A DNA stretch of 19,447 nt from a virus (taxonomy: Duplodnaviria; Heunggongvirae; Uroviricota; Caudoviricetes): IMG/VR virus record IMGVR_UViG_2563366807_000009; one strand, given 5' to 3'. Position 1 is the first letter of the stretch; each line of letters begins with the position of its first letter. Position numbers and translations under genes: made by a program. Positions 8,193-16,065 of this stretch are shown here, piece after piece. The notes beneath the pieces were generated by a model. It was not told where the DNA came from and ran no database searches. It saw only the letters and a list, made by a program, of their open reading frames with translations.

Positions 8193-8423
8193 ATGAACCC
8201 AGCTATCAAAACAGCGATCAATATCGTTGGTTCACAAAAGAAACTGGGCGCTGCTTGCGAAGTTTCACAGCAGGCCGTCTATAAGTGGCTTCACAACAAA
8301 GCAAAGGTATCCCCTGAACATGTCGGCAGCATTGTTACGGCTACTGGTGGAGTAGTGAAGGCATACCAGATTCGCCCGGATCTTCCGAAGTTGTTTCCAC
8401 ACACCGAAAAGAACGCAGCTTAA
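8193..8423 (+). CDS. cro: Cro-like HTH regulator
   Basis: 76-aa first rightward ORF, GGAGG 7 nt upstream. HTH-like segment SQKKLGAACEVSQQAVYKWL. Divergent from cI across the operator. Confidence 0.8.
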   Translation: MNPAIKTAINIVGSQKKLGAACEVSQQAVYKWLHNKAKVSPEHVGSIVTATGGVVKAYQIRPDLPKLFPHTEKNAA

Positions 8424-8492
8424 ATTTCCATTTCACGCTCTTTAACAATAAGCAATCAACTTAACAGTCAATTCAAACTAAAGGAGTCAATT

Positions 8493-9032
8493 ATGCAACC
8501 ACTTCCATACCAACAGACTAGCGGATTTAGCCCGACTGCGGTGATAAATCGTTCTCAAACAAAACAGGTGCCAGGCCACGAAAAAATCCGTGATGCCGTC
8601 CGCGCCTGGTCGGCTGTAGATAATCAGGATGTCGTTGCCACACTCATTGTGAATGAGTATCGGGAGCAGGGCGGCGGCACCATCGATTTCCCTGATGATG
8701 TCAGCCGTGCACGCCAGAAGCTGTTCCGCTTCCTCGATAACAAATTCGATTCTGAAAAATACCGAAATAACGTGCGTGAACTGACCCCGGCAATTCTGGC
8801 GGTACTACCGCTGGAATATCGCGGTTACCTGGTTGAGCAGGATAGCTTCATGGCTAGGTTGGCTGAAATGGAAAAGGAACTCAGTGAGGCAAAACAGGCT
8901 GTCATTCTCAACGCACCACGCCACCAGAAACTGAAGGAAATTAGTGAAGGTATTGTATCGATGTTTCGTGTGGACCCAGATCTGGCTGGTCCATTGATGG
9001 CGATGGTTACTACCATGCTGGGGGCGATATGA
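8493..9032 (+). CDS. YdaT-family protein in the cII position
   Basis: 179 aa with AAGGAG Shine-Dalgarno. Segments EYREQGGG and TPAILAVLPLEYR resemble Rac YdaT as I recall it (EYLRQGGG, IPAILAILPREL). Not lambda cII. Confidence 0.65.
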   Translation: MQPLPYQQTSGFSPTAVINRSQTKQVPGHEKIRDAVRAWSAVDNQDVVATLIVNEYREQGGGTIDFPDDVSRARQKLFRFLDNKFDSEKYRNNVRELTPAILAVLPLEYRGYLVEQDSFMARLAEMEKELSEAKQAVILNAPRHQKLKEISEGIVSMFRVDPDLAGPLMAMVTTMLGAI

Positions 9033-9118
9033 CAGGTTCAGAAATGGCGAAAGCCGGTCTGCTGGAACAGAACCGACTTTCAGGTGCAAATCGTAACACA
9101 CTCATTGCGGGAGGAATT

Positions 9119-10048
9119 ATGGCAAACACTGCTGAGATATTCAATTTTCCAGTGCCGGATGCGGCACAAAAGGAGCCGCGCGTGGCAGATCTCGATGATG
9201 GTTATACGCGCATTGCAAATGAGTTGCTGGAAGCTGTGATGCTGGCCGGATTAACACAGCACCAGCTTCTGGTCTTCCTGGCTGTCATGCGCAAAACATA
9301 TGGCTTTAATAAAAAACTGGATTGGGTGAGCAACGAGCAACTTTCCGAATTGACCGGGATATTGCCGCACAAGTGTTCTGCTGCAAAAAGCGTTCTGGTA
9401 AAGCGTGGGATTCTTATTCAGAGCGGGCGGAATATCGGCATTAATAATGTGGTCAGTGAATGGTCAACATTACCCGAATCAGGTAAGAAAAATAAAGTTT
9501 ACCTGAAAGAGGTAAATTTACCTGAATCAGGTAAGAAAAGTTTACCCAAATCAGGTAAAGGCGTTTACCCGAATCAGGTAAACACAAAAGACAAACTAAC
9601 AAAAGACAATATAAAACCTTTTTCGTCCGAGAATTCTGGCGAATCCTCTGACCAGCCAGAAAACGATCTTCCTGTGGTGAAACCGGATGCTGCAATTCAG
9701 AGCGGCAGCAAGTGGGGGACAGCAGAAGACCTGACCGCCGCAGAGTGGATGTTTGACATGGTGAAGACTATCGCACCATCAGCCAGAAAACCGAATTTTG
9801 CTGGGTGGGCTAACGATATCCGCCTGATGCGTGAACGTGACGGACGTAACCACCGCGACATGTGCGTGCTGTTCCGCTGGGCCTGCCAGGACAACTTCTG
9901 GTCCGGTAACGTGCTGAGTCCGGCCAAACTCCGCGACAAGTGGACCCAGCTCGAAATCAACCGGAACAAGCAACAGGCTGGCGTGACAGTCGGCAAACCA
10001 AAACTCGACCTGACAAACACTGACTGGATTTACGGGGTGGATCTATGA
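9119..10048 (+). CDS. O: replication initiator O
   Basis: From ATG 9119 (GGAGG upstream): MANTAEIFNF...VADLDDGY... with a C-terminal half KWGTAEDLTAAEWMFDMVKTIAPSARKPNFAGWANDIRLMRERDGRNHRDMCVLFRW... matching lambda O as recalled. The N-terminal domain differs. An in-frame ATG at 9029 overlapping the upstream stop is an alternative start. Confidence 0.88.
   Translation: MANTAEIFNFPVPDAAQKEPRVADLDDGYTRIANELLEAVMLAGLTQHQLLVFLAVMRKTYGFNKKLDWVSNEQLSELTGILPHKCSAAKSVLVKRGILIQSGRNIGINNVVSEWSTLPESGKKNKVYLKEVNLPESGKKSLPKSGKGVYPNQVNTKDKLTKDNIKPFSSENSGESSDQPENDLPVVKPDAAIQSGSKWGTAEDLTAAEWMFDMVKTIAPSARKPNFAGWANDIRLMRERDGRNHRDMCVLFRWACQDNFWSGNVLSPAKLRDKWTQLEINRNKQQAGVTVGKPKLDLTNTDWIYGVDL
9470..9583 (+). 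repeat. ori iterons inside O, followed by an A-rich tract
   Basis: Five direct copies of a roughly 19-bp unit TTTACCYGAATCAGGTAAR at 9470-9487, 9498-9516 (degenerate), 9517-9535, 9541-9560 and 9564-9582, then ACACAAAAGACAAACTAACAAAAGACAATATAAAACC. Confidence 0.85.
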
Positions 10049-10746
10049 AAAACATCGCCGCACAGATGGTTAACTTTGACCGTGAGCAGATGCGTCGGAT
10101 CGCCAACAACATGCCGGAACAGTATGACGAAAAGCCACAGGTACAGCAGGTAGCGCAGATCATCAACGGTGTGTTCAGCCAGTTACTGGCAACTTTCCCG
10201 GCGAGCCTGGCTAATCGTGAGCAGAACGAACTGAACGAAATCCGCCGCCAGTGGGTTCTGGCTTTCCGGGAAAACGGGATCACCACGATGGAACAGGTTA
10301 ACGCAGGAATGCGCGTAGCCCGTCGGCAGAATCGACCATTCCTGCCATCCCCCGGACAGTTTGTAGCCTGGTGCCGGGAAGAAGCATCCGTTATTGCCGG
10401 ACTACCAAACACCAGCGAGCTGGTTGATATGGTTTACGAGTATTGCCGGAAGCGTGGCCTGTATCCGGATGCAGAGTCTTATCCGTGGAAATCAAACGCG
10501 CACTACTGGCTGGTTACCAACCTGTATCAGAACATGCGGGCCAATGCGCTTACTGATGCGGAATTACGGCGCAAGGCTGCCGATGAACTGACTTGTATGA
10601 CCGCGCGAATTAACCGTGGTGAGGCGATACCTGAACCAGTAAAACAACTTCCTGTCATGGGCGGTAGACCTCTAAATCGTGCACAGGCTCTGGCGAAGAT
10701 CGCAGAAATCAAAGCGAAGTTCGGACTGAAAGGAGCAACTGTATGA
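10045..10746 (+). CDS. P: replication protein P (DnaB helicase loader)
   Basis: 233 aa, MKNIAAQMVNFDREQMRRIANNMPEQYDEKPQVQQVAQIINGVFSQLLATFPASLANR..., matches lambda P as recalled. ATGA overlap with the O stop. Confidence 0.95.
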   Translation: MKNIAAQMVNFDREQMRRIANNMPEQYDEKPQVQQVAQIINGVFSQLLATFPASLANREQNELNEIRRQWVLAFRENGITTMEQVNAGMRVARRQNRPFLPSPGQFVAWCREEASVIAGLPNTSELVDMVYEYCRKRGLYPDAESYPWKSNAHYWLVTNLYQNMRANALTDAELRRKAADELTCMTARINRGEAIPEPVKQLPVMGGRPLNRAQALAKIAEIKAKFGLKGATV

Positions 10747-11045
10747 CGGGCAAAGAGGCAATTATTCATTACCTGGGGACGCATAAGAGCTTCTGTGCGC
10801 AGGACGTTGCTGCGGTAACAGGCGCAACAGTAACCAGTATAAATCAGGCTGCGGCTAAAATGGCACGGGCAGGAATCTTGGTCGTTGATGGTAAGGTCTG
10901 GCGAACGGTGTATTACCGGTTCGCTACCAGGGAAGAACGGGAAGGAAAGGTGAGCACGAATCTGATTTTCAAGGAGTGTCGCCAGAGTGCCGCGATGAAA
11001 CGAGTGTTGGCAGTGTATGGAGATATGAACTTAAACTTGCTGTGA
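10743..11045 (+). CDS. ren: Ren
   Basis: MTGKEAIIHYLGTHKSFCAQDVAAVTGATVTSINQAAAKMARAGILVVDGKVWRTVYYRFATREEREGK... matches lambda Ren as recalled. The last few residues diverge, marking a mosaic junction. Confidence 0.88.
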   Translation: MTGKEAIIHYLGTHKSFCAQDVAAVTGATVTSINQAAAKMARAGILVVDGKVWRTVYYRFATREEREGKVSTNLIFKECRQSAAMKRVLAVYGDMNLNLL

Positions 11046-11293
11046 CGGTTTTCATCGGTAACACACCATGTAATCTAGCAGTCAGCTTAGAAATAGGAGC
11101 GGCAGTTAAAGATTTTTCAGTTAGTAGAAAATTACTGTTATTGCAGGGATCTAATCACCGGAGAGTCGTTCCATTTGTCTTATGATTACCTGAAGTCCGT
11201 TAGTTCGTTGGTAATCACCGTTTTTGTTAGAGAAGTAAGCATCGCTGACAAAATATTCTCAACGATGCCTGCTTTATTGCTACTACAAATTAA

Positions 11294-12796
11294 TTAAATT
11301 GCATCTGCAAACTCTGGGGTTTTTCGCTCAGGTATAATTGATGAGTTGCTGTTGTCACTTTTTTTATTTTCATGATTACGAATAGCCAATGACTCATTAA
11401 AGTCTTTTGCGACTGCTGTCTCAATAAATTCAATTTCTGAATCAGAGTGTTTTTTAACAGCTTCTTTGATCTCATCCAGAGTAACATAGAAAAACTCTTT
11501 TCTACGATTTACAAGATTGACTCTCTTTTTATCGAAGACATCATGTAGTTTTTTTTCTAATGATGGAGCGTCCTCCGAATAAATCATGGCATGTACATCA
11601 AAAATAAAAGGAACAGATGCATCACCGAGCTCATTTACACGGTCTTGCGGATCAAGACGTCGTGTCATGCCTATTTTATAAACATTCTCCCCAAAAGAAC
11701 CTATGTTCGAAATAATATAAACATGACCTTGTTTGGTTTGTTGTGCCATGGATAATGCTCTTTGATGCTTTGATTCAGCCTGCGACAAACTCTGTTCTAG
11801 TTCGGCAATGCGATTTTCGAGGCGCTGCTTCATGTCACCAGTAACTTTTTCCATTTCCTTTCTTGCAGCTTCAATTGCTTTTTTATAACGGCGCTCTTCT
11901 GCCTCTGCGTCTTGCATGGCCTTTTCTATTTCTCGTTGTGCACGCTCCTCCTCTCTCATTTGTGCCCTTATTTCTGCCTGTTCTTCTTTTTCTTTCTGTT
12001 TTTGCTCACGATATTCATGGGTAAGCCACAATTCCTCAAGTTTTTTATTGAGGTATTTAGTGTTTATATATATGTGATTTTGCTCGTTTAGTTTATTTAT
12101 GGCCTCAAATGCCTTTGTGATGCGTTCTTCCATTTTAGTGATGTTTTTCCACGTGCAATTGCTAATTGCAGCATCACATTCATTATTAAATGCTCTAGTA
12201 GTTAGCCTGATATTTCTGTCTGTCATTTTTTTACCCTCTGCTCGAGAGCCTTCAACAGTCCATTGGGTTGTACAATATACTGCGCCAGAGTGGGTTTTAT
12301 CCCGCAGCATTAATTTCTGTTCATCCCTGATGGATTTTATTTTGTTTTTAAATTGCTCTGAATCTTCAAAATTAAAATGAGGTTCGTAAAATCCTAGTTC
12401 GGCTAGCTCAACATCTTCTGAATAAATAGAAATTTGCCTTACTAGTTTATCATATATTTCTTTCTTCTCTTTATAAGTTCTTCTTAGCTCTTGGATTTGT
12501 TTATTGATACCATCCATTTTTTCAATGGTGTTTGTTAGTTCATTATTGGCATTTTCTTTTACTTTTAGGGATTCTTCTTTTATTATGGAGCATTCTTGCT
12601 CTGTTTTCTCAATAAGCTTCTTACATTCTTCTTCTACATTAAAATAATCTGCAAAGCGAGATTTGTATTCTTCATTTTTTTGATTGCTATCACTTAATTC
12701 TAATTGTATTTTTTTGATGCGTTTGATTGCAGCTATATAAAGAACAAGAACAACCAATAAAAATATGATTGCAAGTAATAGAGGAGTTTGAGTCAT
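11294..12796 (-). CDS. membrane-anchored coiled-coil protein with C-terminal GIY-YIG/T5orf172-like nuclease domain; candidate anti-phage defence protein
   Basis: 500 aa, strongly AT-rich, convergent with ren. N-terminal hydrophobic helix (LLLAIIFLLVVLVLYIAAI), long E/K/R-rich predicted coiled coils, C-terminal GHVYIISNIGSFGENVYKIGMTRRLDPQDRVNELG...E, i.e. GIY...YIG...R...E spacing. AAGGAA Shine-Dalgarno before the ATG. Confidence 0.85.
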   Translation of the reverse strand: MTQTPLLLAIIFLLVVLVLYIAAIKRIKKIQLELSDSNQKNEEYKSRFADYFNVEEECKKLIEKTEQECSIIKEESLKVKENANNELTNTIEKMDGINKQIQELRRTYKEKKEIYDKLVRQISIYSEDVELAELGFYEPHFNFEDSEQFKNKIKSIRDEQKLMLRDKTHSGAVYCTTQWTVEGSRAEGKKMTDRNIRLTTRAFNNECDAAISNCTWKNITKMEERITKAFEAINKLNEQNHIYINTKYLNKKLEELWLTHEYREQKQKEKEEQAEIRAQMREEERAQREIEKAMQDAEAEERRYKKAIEAARKEMEKVTGDMKQRLENRIAELEQSLSQAESKHQRALSMAQQTKQGHVYIISNIGSFGENVYKIGMTRRLDPQDRVNELGDASVPFIFDVHAMIYSEDAPSLEKKLHDVFDKKRVNLVNRRKEFFYVTLDEIKEAVKKHSDSEIEFIETAVAKDFNESLAIRNHENKKSDNSNSSIIPERKTPEFADAI

Positions 12797-13104
12797 TCGT
12801 GCTATTCCTTACGGACAATTTAAGACGTTTTGTATTAAATCCTGTTCAATGTGTATGCGGGTGATTGCTACCGCTTACAATCTTCATAATTATCAGTTAG
12901 ATAGACTCGCTAGTAAATAATTTCATTTTTTGCAATATTCTTATTGAATATTTCAATTTATGAAATGAACTCTTTATCCTTTCAAGGTGAAAGGTTTCTT
13001 CTTCGGAAATATTTGCTCTCGTGTGACGTATAAAGACCTTTGATTTTCAAAAATCAGTAGGGAATAATATAGTTACTGTCGGCCTGAACACCCGGTGGTG
13101 GGGT

Positions 13105-13196
13105 TGCGCTAAACGGGGACGTTTATGCGCACACACAATCCAAACTCTCATCTCCATTCACAGATGCAGAAATGCACCTACGATTTTTTACATTCG
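13105..13196 (+). repeat. direct repeat copy A (about 92 bp)
   Basis: TGCGCTAAACGGGGACGTTTATGCGCACA... is identical over the first 29 nt to 15039 onward and shows only a few mismatches thereafter. Contains a 10-bp bulged hairpin GCGCTAAACG/CGTTTATGCGC with a GGGA loop. Confidence 0.85.
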
Positions 13197-13341
13197 GTGT
13201 TTTACTTCGACAGCCAGAATTGGGAGTCTCTATTCGTCTGGCGGCTAAAGGTGATATGGAAATCGTTATGTTTTGGCCTGAGGTAGTTGTAACTGTTGTA
13301 GCAGCTATGGATGTGATCATCATGGTGTCCATTTACTGGGG

Positions 13342-13452
13342 TTGACGACATGATTTATCCGGCGCTATATTCTGTGCGTTGCCGCAAAATCGGCACACGG
13401 GATTGGCGTCCCGGGATACTACTCAACGCATACCGCGTTAAGCGGTTTTTTT
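13342..13452 (+). ncRNA. candidate short terminated transcript (sRNA or attenuated leader) upstream of the Bro-N gene
   Basis: TTGACG (13342-13347), 18-bp spacer, TATATT (13366-13371). Downstream, a GC stem ACCGC/GCGGT with GTTAA loop (13432-13446) runs into a T tract to 13452. The region between is GC-rich and self-complementary. No ORF. Confidence 0.3.
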
Positions 13453-13608
13453 GTGCGCTAAGCACGGCTATGCCCAAATTATGGTGGGCTGTGTGAGGGC
13501 TTCTTCGGAAGCGCCGGGTTTGAGTAGCCGGTTACGCCAACCTTACACAGTTCACCACCAGTCGATTGGCGTCGTTGGTGGTGATGGTTAACCTGATGAG
13601 GTGATACT

Positions 13609-14217
13609 ATGACTACTCAATTAGCATTCCACAAAACGACGTTTACCCCGATTTGCCACAATAACAGAATTTGGCTTACTGCCACTGAAGTTGGTTTAGC
13701 ACTGGAATATGCGGACGATAAAGCAGTTCAGCGCATTTACTCTCGGCACTCAGATGAATTCACAGATATGATGACAAGGGTGGTCAAAGTGACCACCCCT
13801 CGTGGAATGCAGGAGTCTCGAGTATTTAGCCTTCGCGGAGCCCATTTGATCGCCATGTTTGCTCGTACTCCTGTGGCCAAAGAATTCCGCCGCTGGGTTC
13901 TGGATATTCTCGATCGAGAAGTTCAACAATCCCCAATCACAAAACAATTCACTGATAACGAACTTTGCACACTCGCCTGGTTATGGCGAGCAAGTGATAC
14001 GATGTTAACCGCCTGCCAGAACGTTACGCCCCTTCTTCAGGTCGCAGAGCATCGCGAAGCAGGTAGATTCACTTCAATCGAACAAGAATATCCTCGGATA
14101 CTCAACAGGGCGCGAGAAATCCTTGCCAGAGAAACGGCGCATGTAAAATTCCAACCGTGGCAGGATGATAAGTGGAGTCGTGTGTTACCATATTTCCGTC
14201 AGAATCTGTTGCAATAA
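13609..14217 (+). CDS. Bro-N domain antirepressor-like protein
   Basis: 202 aa, GAGGTG Shine-Dalgarno. N-terminal IWLTATEVGLALEYADDKAVQRIYSRHSDEF...RVFSLRGAHLIAMFARTPVAKEFRRWVLDIL fits the Bro-N/antirepressor pattern as I know it. Confidence 0.75.
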   Translation: MTTQLAFHKTTFTPICHNNRIWLTATEVGLALEYADDKAVQRIYSRHSDEFTDMMTRVVKVTTPRGMQESRVFSLRGAHLIAMFARTPVAKEFRRWVLDILDREVQQSPITKQFTDNELCTLAWLWRASDTMLTACQNVTPLLQVAEHREAGRFTSIEQEYPRILNRAREILARETAHVKFQPWQDDKWSRVLPYFRQNLLQ

Positions 14218-14236
14218 AGTCACTAGTTAGAAATAC

Positions 14237-14277
14237 TGCCAGCATTCTGCGATGACGGAAGTGCTGGCATTTTTTTT
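14237..14277 (+). terminator. Rho-independent terminator after the Bro-N gene
   Basis: 8-bp stem TGCCAGCA/TGCTGGCA (14237-14244 and 14262-14269) followed by eight T residues (14270-14277). Confidence 0.7.
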
Positions 14278-14452
14278 GGTAATGTGCGAGTCCATTTCAT
14301 AAAATACGGGTACTGGAACTGGACGATATAATCTAAAAGATACCATTATCAGTAGCATTAAAATCGCTATGTGCCGATACGGATATAAATTATATTGATT
14401 GTTCACATACCTTATTGGATATTACTGAGGGGTGTTTATATAAGGTGTAACG

Positions 14453-14962
14453 ATGATGTGGAACTTTGACAGTGCCGACTTAAGTGCAATAGCAGCAGGC
14501 ATTTCTGCGTTTGGCACATTAGCCGCAGCGGGGTCGGCGCTTGCAAGTTGGTGCACGTCAAAAAAAGCGCTGCAGCTACAAAATAGAGTTTACCTTTATG
14601 AGTCTTTAAAGGCTTGCGCTGAGAGAGCCAATTCATCAGCTAAAGATAAGCGCGGATCTGAATGGAGCGTTAATGATGCAGCGGATATCATCAGGTGCCT
14701 AGTACGGGCGATGGAGCTCATCAAGCAGGATAGCCAGCAGAAAGAAGGTAATCAGGCATTAATGTTGAAACAGTACTTTGTTAATCTGCTAATAATGGAA
14801 CTGTACGAGGAAGTTCATAACGGTGATGCGGCTGATTCTGTTTTTAAAAGTACGGAACCTACACAAGTACTTGATAACTTATGGAGCAAATGGCAGGAGG
14901 CTATAGCTTTTTTTGATATTTGGAATTACCCAGTTGCGACTGAGGAAGACTTGGCAGACTAA
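14453..14962 (+). CDS. hypothetical protein with N-terminal hydrophobic anchor (169 aa)
   Basis: AAGGTG Shine-Dalgarno. An N-terminal hydrophobic stretch of about 25 residues (LSAIAAGISAFGTLAAAGSALASW), remainder hydrophilic. Own promoter region after the upstream terminator. No family recognised. Confidence 0.7.
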   Translation: MMWNFDSADLSAIAAGISAFGTLAAAGSALASWCTSKKALQLQNRVYLYESLKACAERANSSAKDKRGSEWSVNDAADIIRCLVRAMELIKQDSQQKEGNQALMLKQYFVNLLIMELYEEVHNGDAADSVFKSTEPTQVLDNLWSKWQEAIAFFDIWNYPVATEEDLAD

Positions 14963-15038
14963 TTTTCAGCACATTTGATTTCCAATAATCAACCAGCCAT
15001 AATCATGCCATTGGAGCTTGAACAACTCCGGTGACTTC

Positions 15039-15130
15039 TGCGCTAAACGGGGACGTTTATGCGCACATACAATCCAAACTCTCTTCTCCCTTCACAGATG
15101 CAGAGATGCACCTGCGATTTTTTGCATCCA
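15039..15130 (+). repeat. direct repeat copy B, immediately upstream of ybcN
   Basis: Same unit as 13105-13196, including the bulged hairpin. Ends 26 bp before the ybcN GTG start. Confidence 0.85.
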
Positions 15131-15156
15131 GCGTTTGACCTCTGCGGAGGTGAAGC

Positions 15157-15612
15157 GTGAACCTCCCACAAGACGGCATCAAATTGCATCGTGGTAACTT
15201 CACCGCTATCGGCCAGCAGATCCAGCCTTATCTGGAGGAAGGCAAATGCTTTCGCATGGTGCTTAAACCGTGGCGTGAGAAACGCAGTCTTTCCCAGAAT
15301 GCACTCAGCCACATGTGGTACAGCGAAATCAGTGAATACCTCATCAGCAGGGGTAAAACGTTCGCCACTCCAGCTTGGGTAAAAGATGCTCTCAAACACA
15401 CATATCTCGGTTATGAAACCAAAGACCTGGTTGATGTCGTAACCGGTGAGATCACCACTATCCAGTCGTTACGCCATACCTCCGATCTTGATACCGGAGA
15501 GATGTATATCTTCCTGTGTAAGGTTGAAGCCTGGGCGGTGAATATTGGCTGCCACCTGACTATTCCGCAGAGCTGCGAGTTCCAGCTGCTGCGCGACAAG
15601 CAGGAGGCGTAA
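15157..15612 (+). CDS. ybcN: YbcN-like nin-region protein (reported DNA base-flipping protein)
   Basis: 151 aa from a GTG start with GGAGGTG 5 nt upstream. The sequence [62 protein letters not shown]... and its length match DLP12 YbcN as recalled. Confidence 0.85.
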   Translation: MNLPQDGIKLHRGNFTAIGQQIQPYLEEGKCFRMVLKPWREKRSLSQNALSHMWYSEISEYLISRGKTFATPAWVKDALKHTYLGYETKDLVDVVTGEITTIQSLRHTSDLDTGEMYIFLCKVEAWAVNIGCHLTIPQSCEFQLLRDKQEA

Positions 15613-15782
15613 TGGCTACACCGCTTATTCGTGTCATGAACGGACACATCTACAGAGTACCAAATCGTCGTAAGCGTAAACCTGAGCTGAAGCCATCCGA
15701 AATACCAACACTGCTCGGATATACCGCCAGCTTGGTTGATAAAAAATGGTTGCGACTGGCAGCAAGGAGGAATCATGGCTGA
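15612..15782 (+). CDS. ninE: NinE
   Basis: 56-aa [59 protein letters not shown]. Its ATG overlaps the ybcN stop (TAATG). Below the ORF-track size cutoff, so translated by hand. Confidence 0.8.
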   Translation: MATPLIRVMNGHIYRVPNRRKRKPELKPSEIPTLLGYTASLVDKKWLRLAARRNHG

Positions 15783-16065
15783 TTTGAGAAAAGCAGCGCG
15801 TGGTCGGGAATGCCAGGTAAGAATCCCTGGCGTATGTAATGGCAATTCTGAGACGTCTGTACTGGCACATATCCGGCTGGCTGGATTGTGCGGTACCGGT
15901 ATCAAACCGCCAGACCTGATTGCCACCATTGCATGTTCTGCCTGCCACGACGAAATCGACCGCCGCACGCATTTTGTTGACGCTGGATATGCAAAAGAAT
16001 GCGCGCTGGAAGGTATGGCGAGAACGCAGGTTATCTGGCTGAAAGAGAGGGTAATTAAGGCGTGA
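15775..16065 (+). CDS. ybcO: YbcO-like Cys-rich putative nuclease (nin region)
   Basis: 96 aa from ATG 15775 (GGAGG upstream): [62 protein letters not shown]..., with Cys clusters. Overlaps the ninE 3' end. Confidence 0.85.
   Translation: MADLRKAARGRECQVRIPGVCNGNSETSVLAHIRLAGLCGTGIKPPDLIATIACSACHDEIDRRTHFVDAGYAKECALEGMARTQVIWLKERVIKA

Noticed and set aside
9470-9583. Possible CRISPR array
   Set aside because: The repeats are imperfect iterons with 3-11 bp spacers inside a coding region, not regularly spaced repeats with unique spacers. They fit a lambdoid origin.
9453-10412. Three minus-strand ORFs (80, 107 and 151 aa)
   Set aside because: Antisense to O and P, which are supported by homology and operon structure. 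Translations are Arg/Cys-rich, typical of antisense GC-rich frames.
10976-11185. 69-aa plus-strand ORF beyond ren
   Set aside because: Begins inside ren in another frame, no ribosome-binding site, and low-complexity translation.
13105-13129. Repeat hairpin GCGCTAAACG/CGTTTATGCGC as an intrinsic terminator
   Set aside because: No U-tract follows on either strand in either copy, so it is more likely a recognition or processing structure.
13123-13332. 69-aa minus-strand ORF
   Set aside because: Sits inside and beside repeat copy A with a Thr/Ile-rich low-complexity product. The repeat is better explained as a non-coding boundary element.
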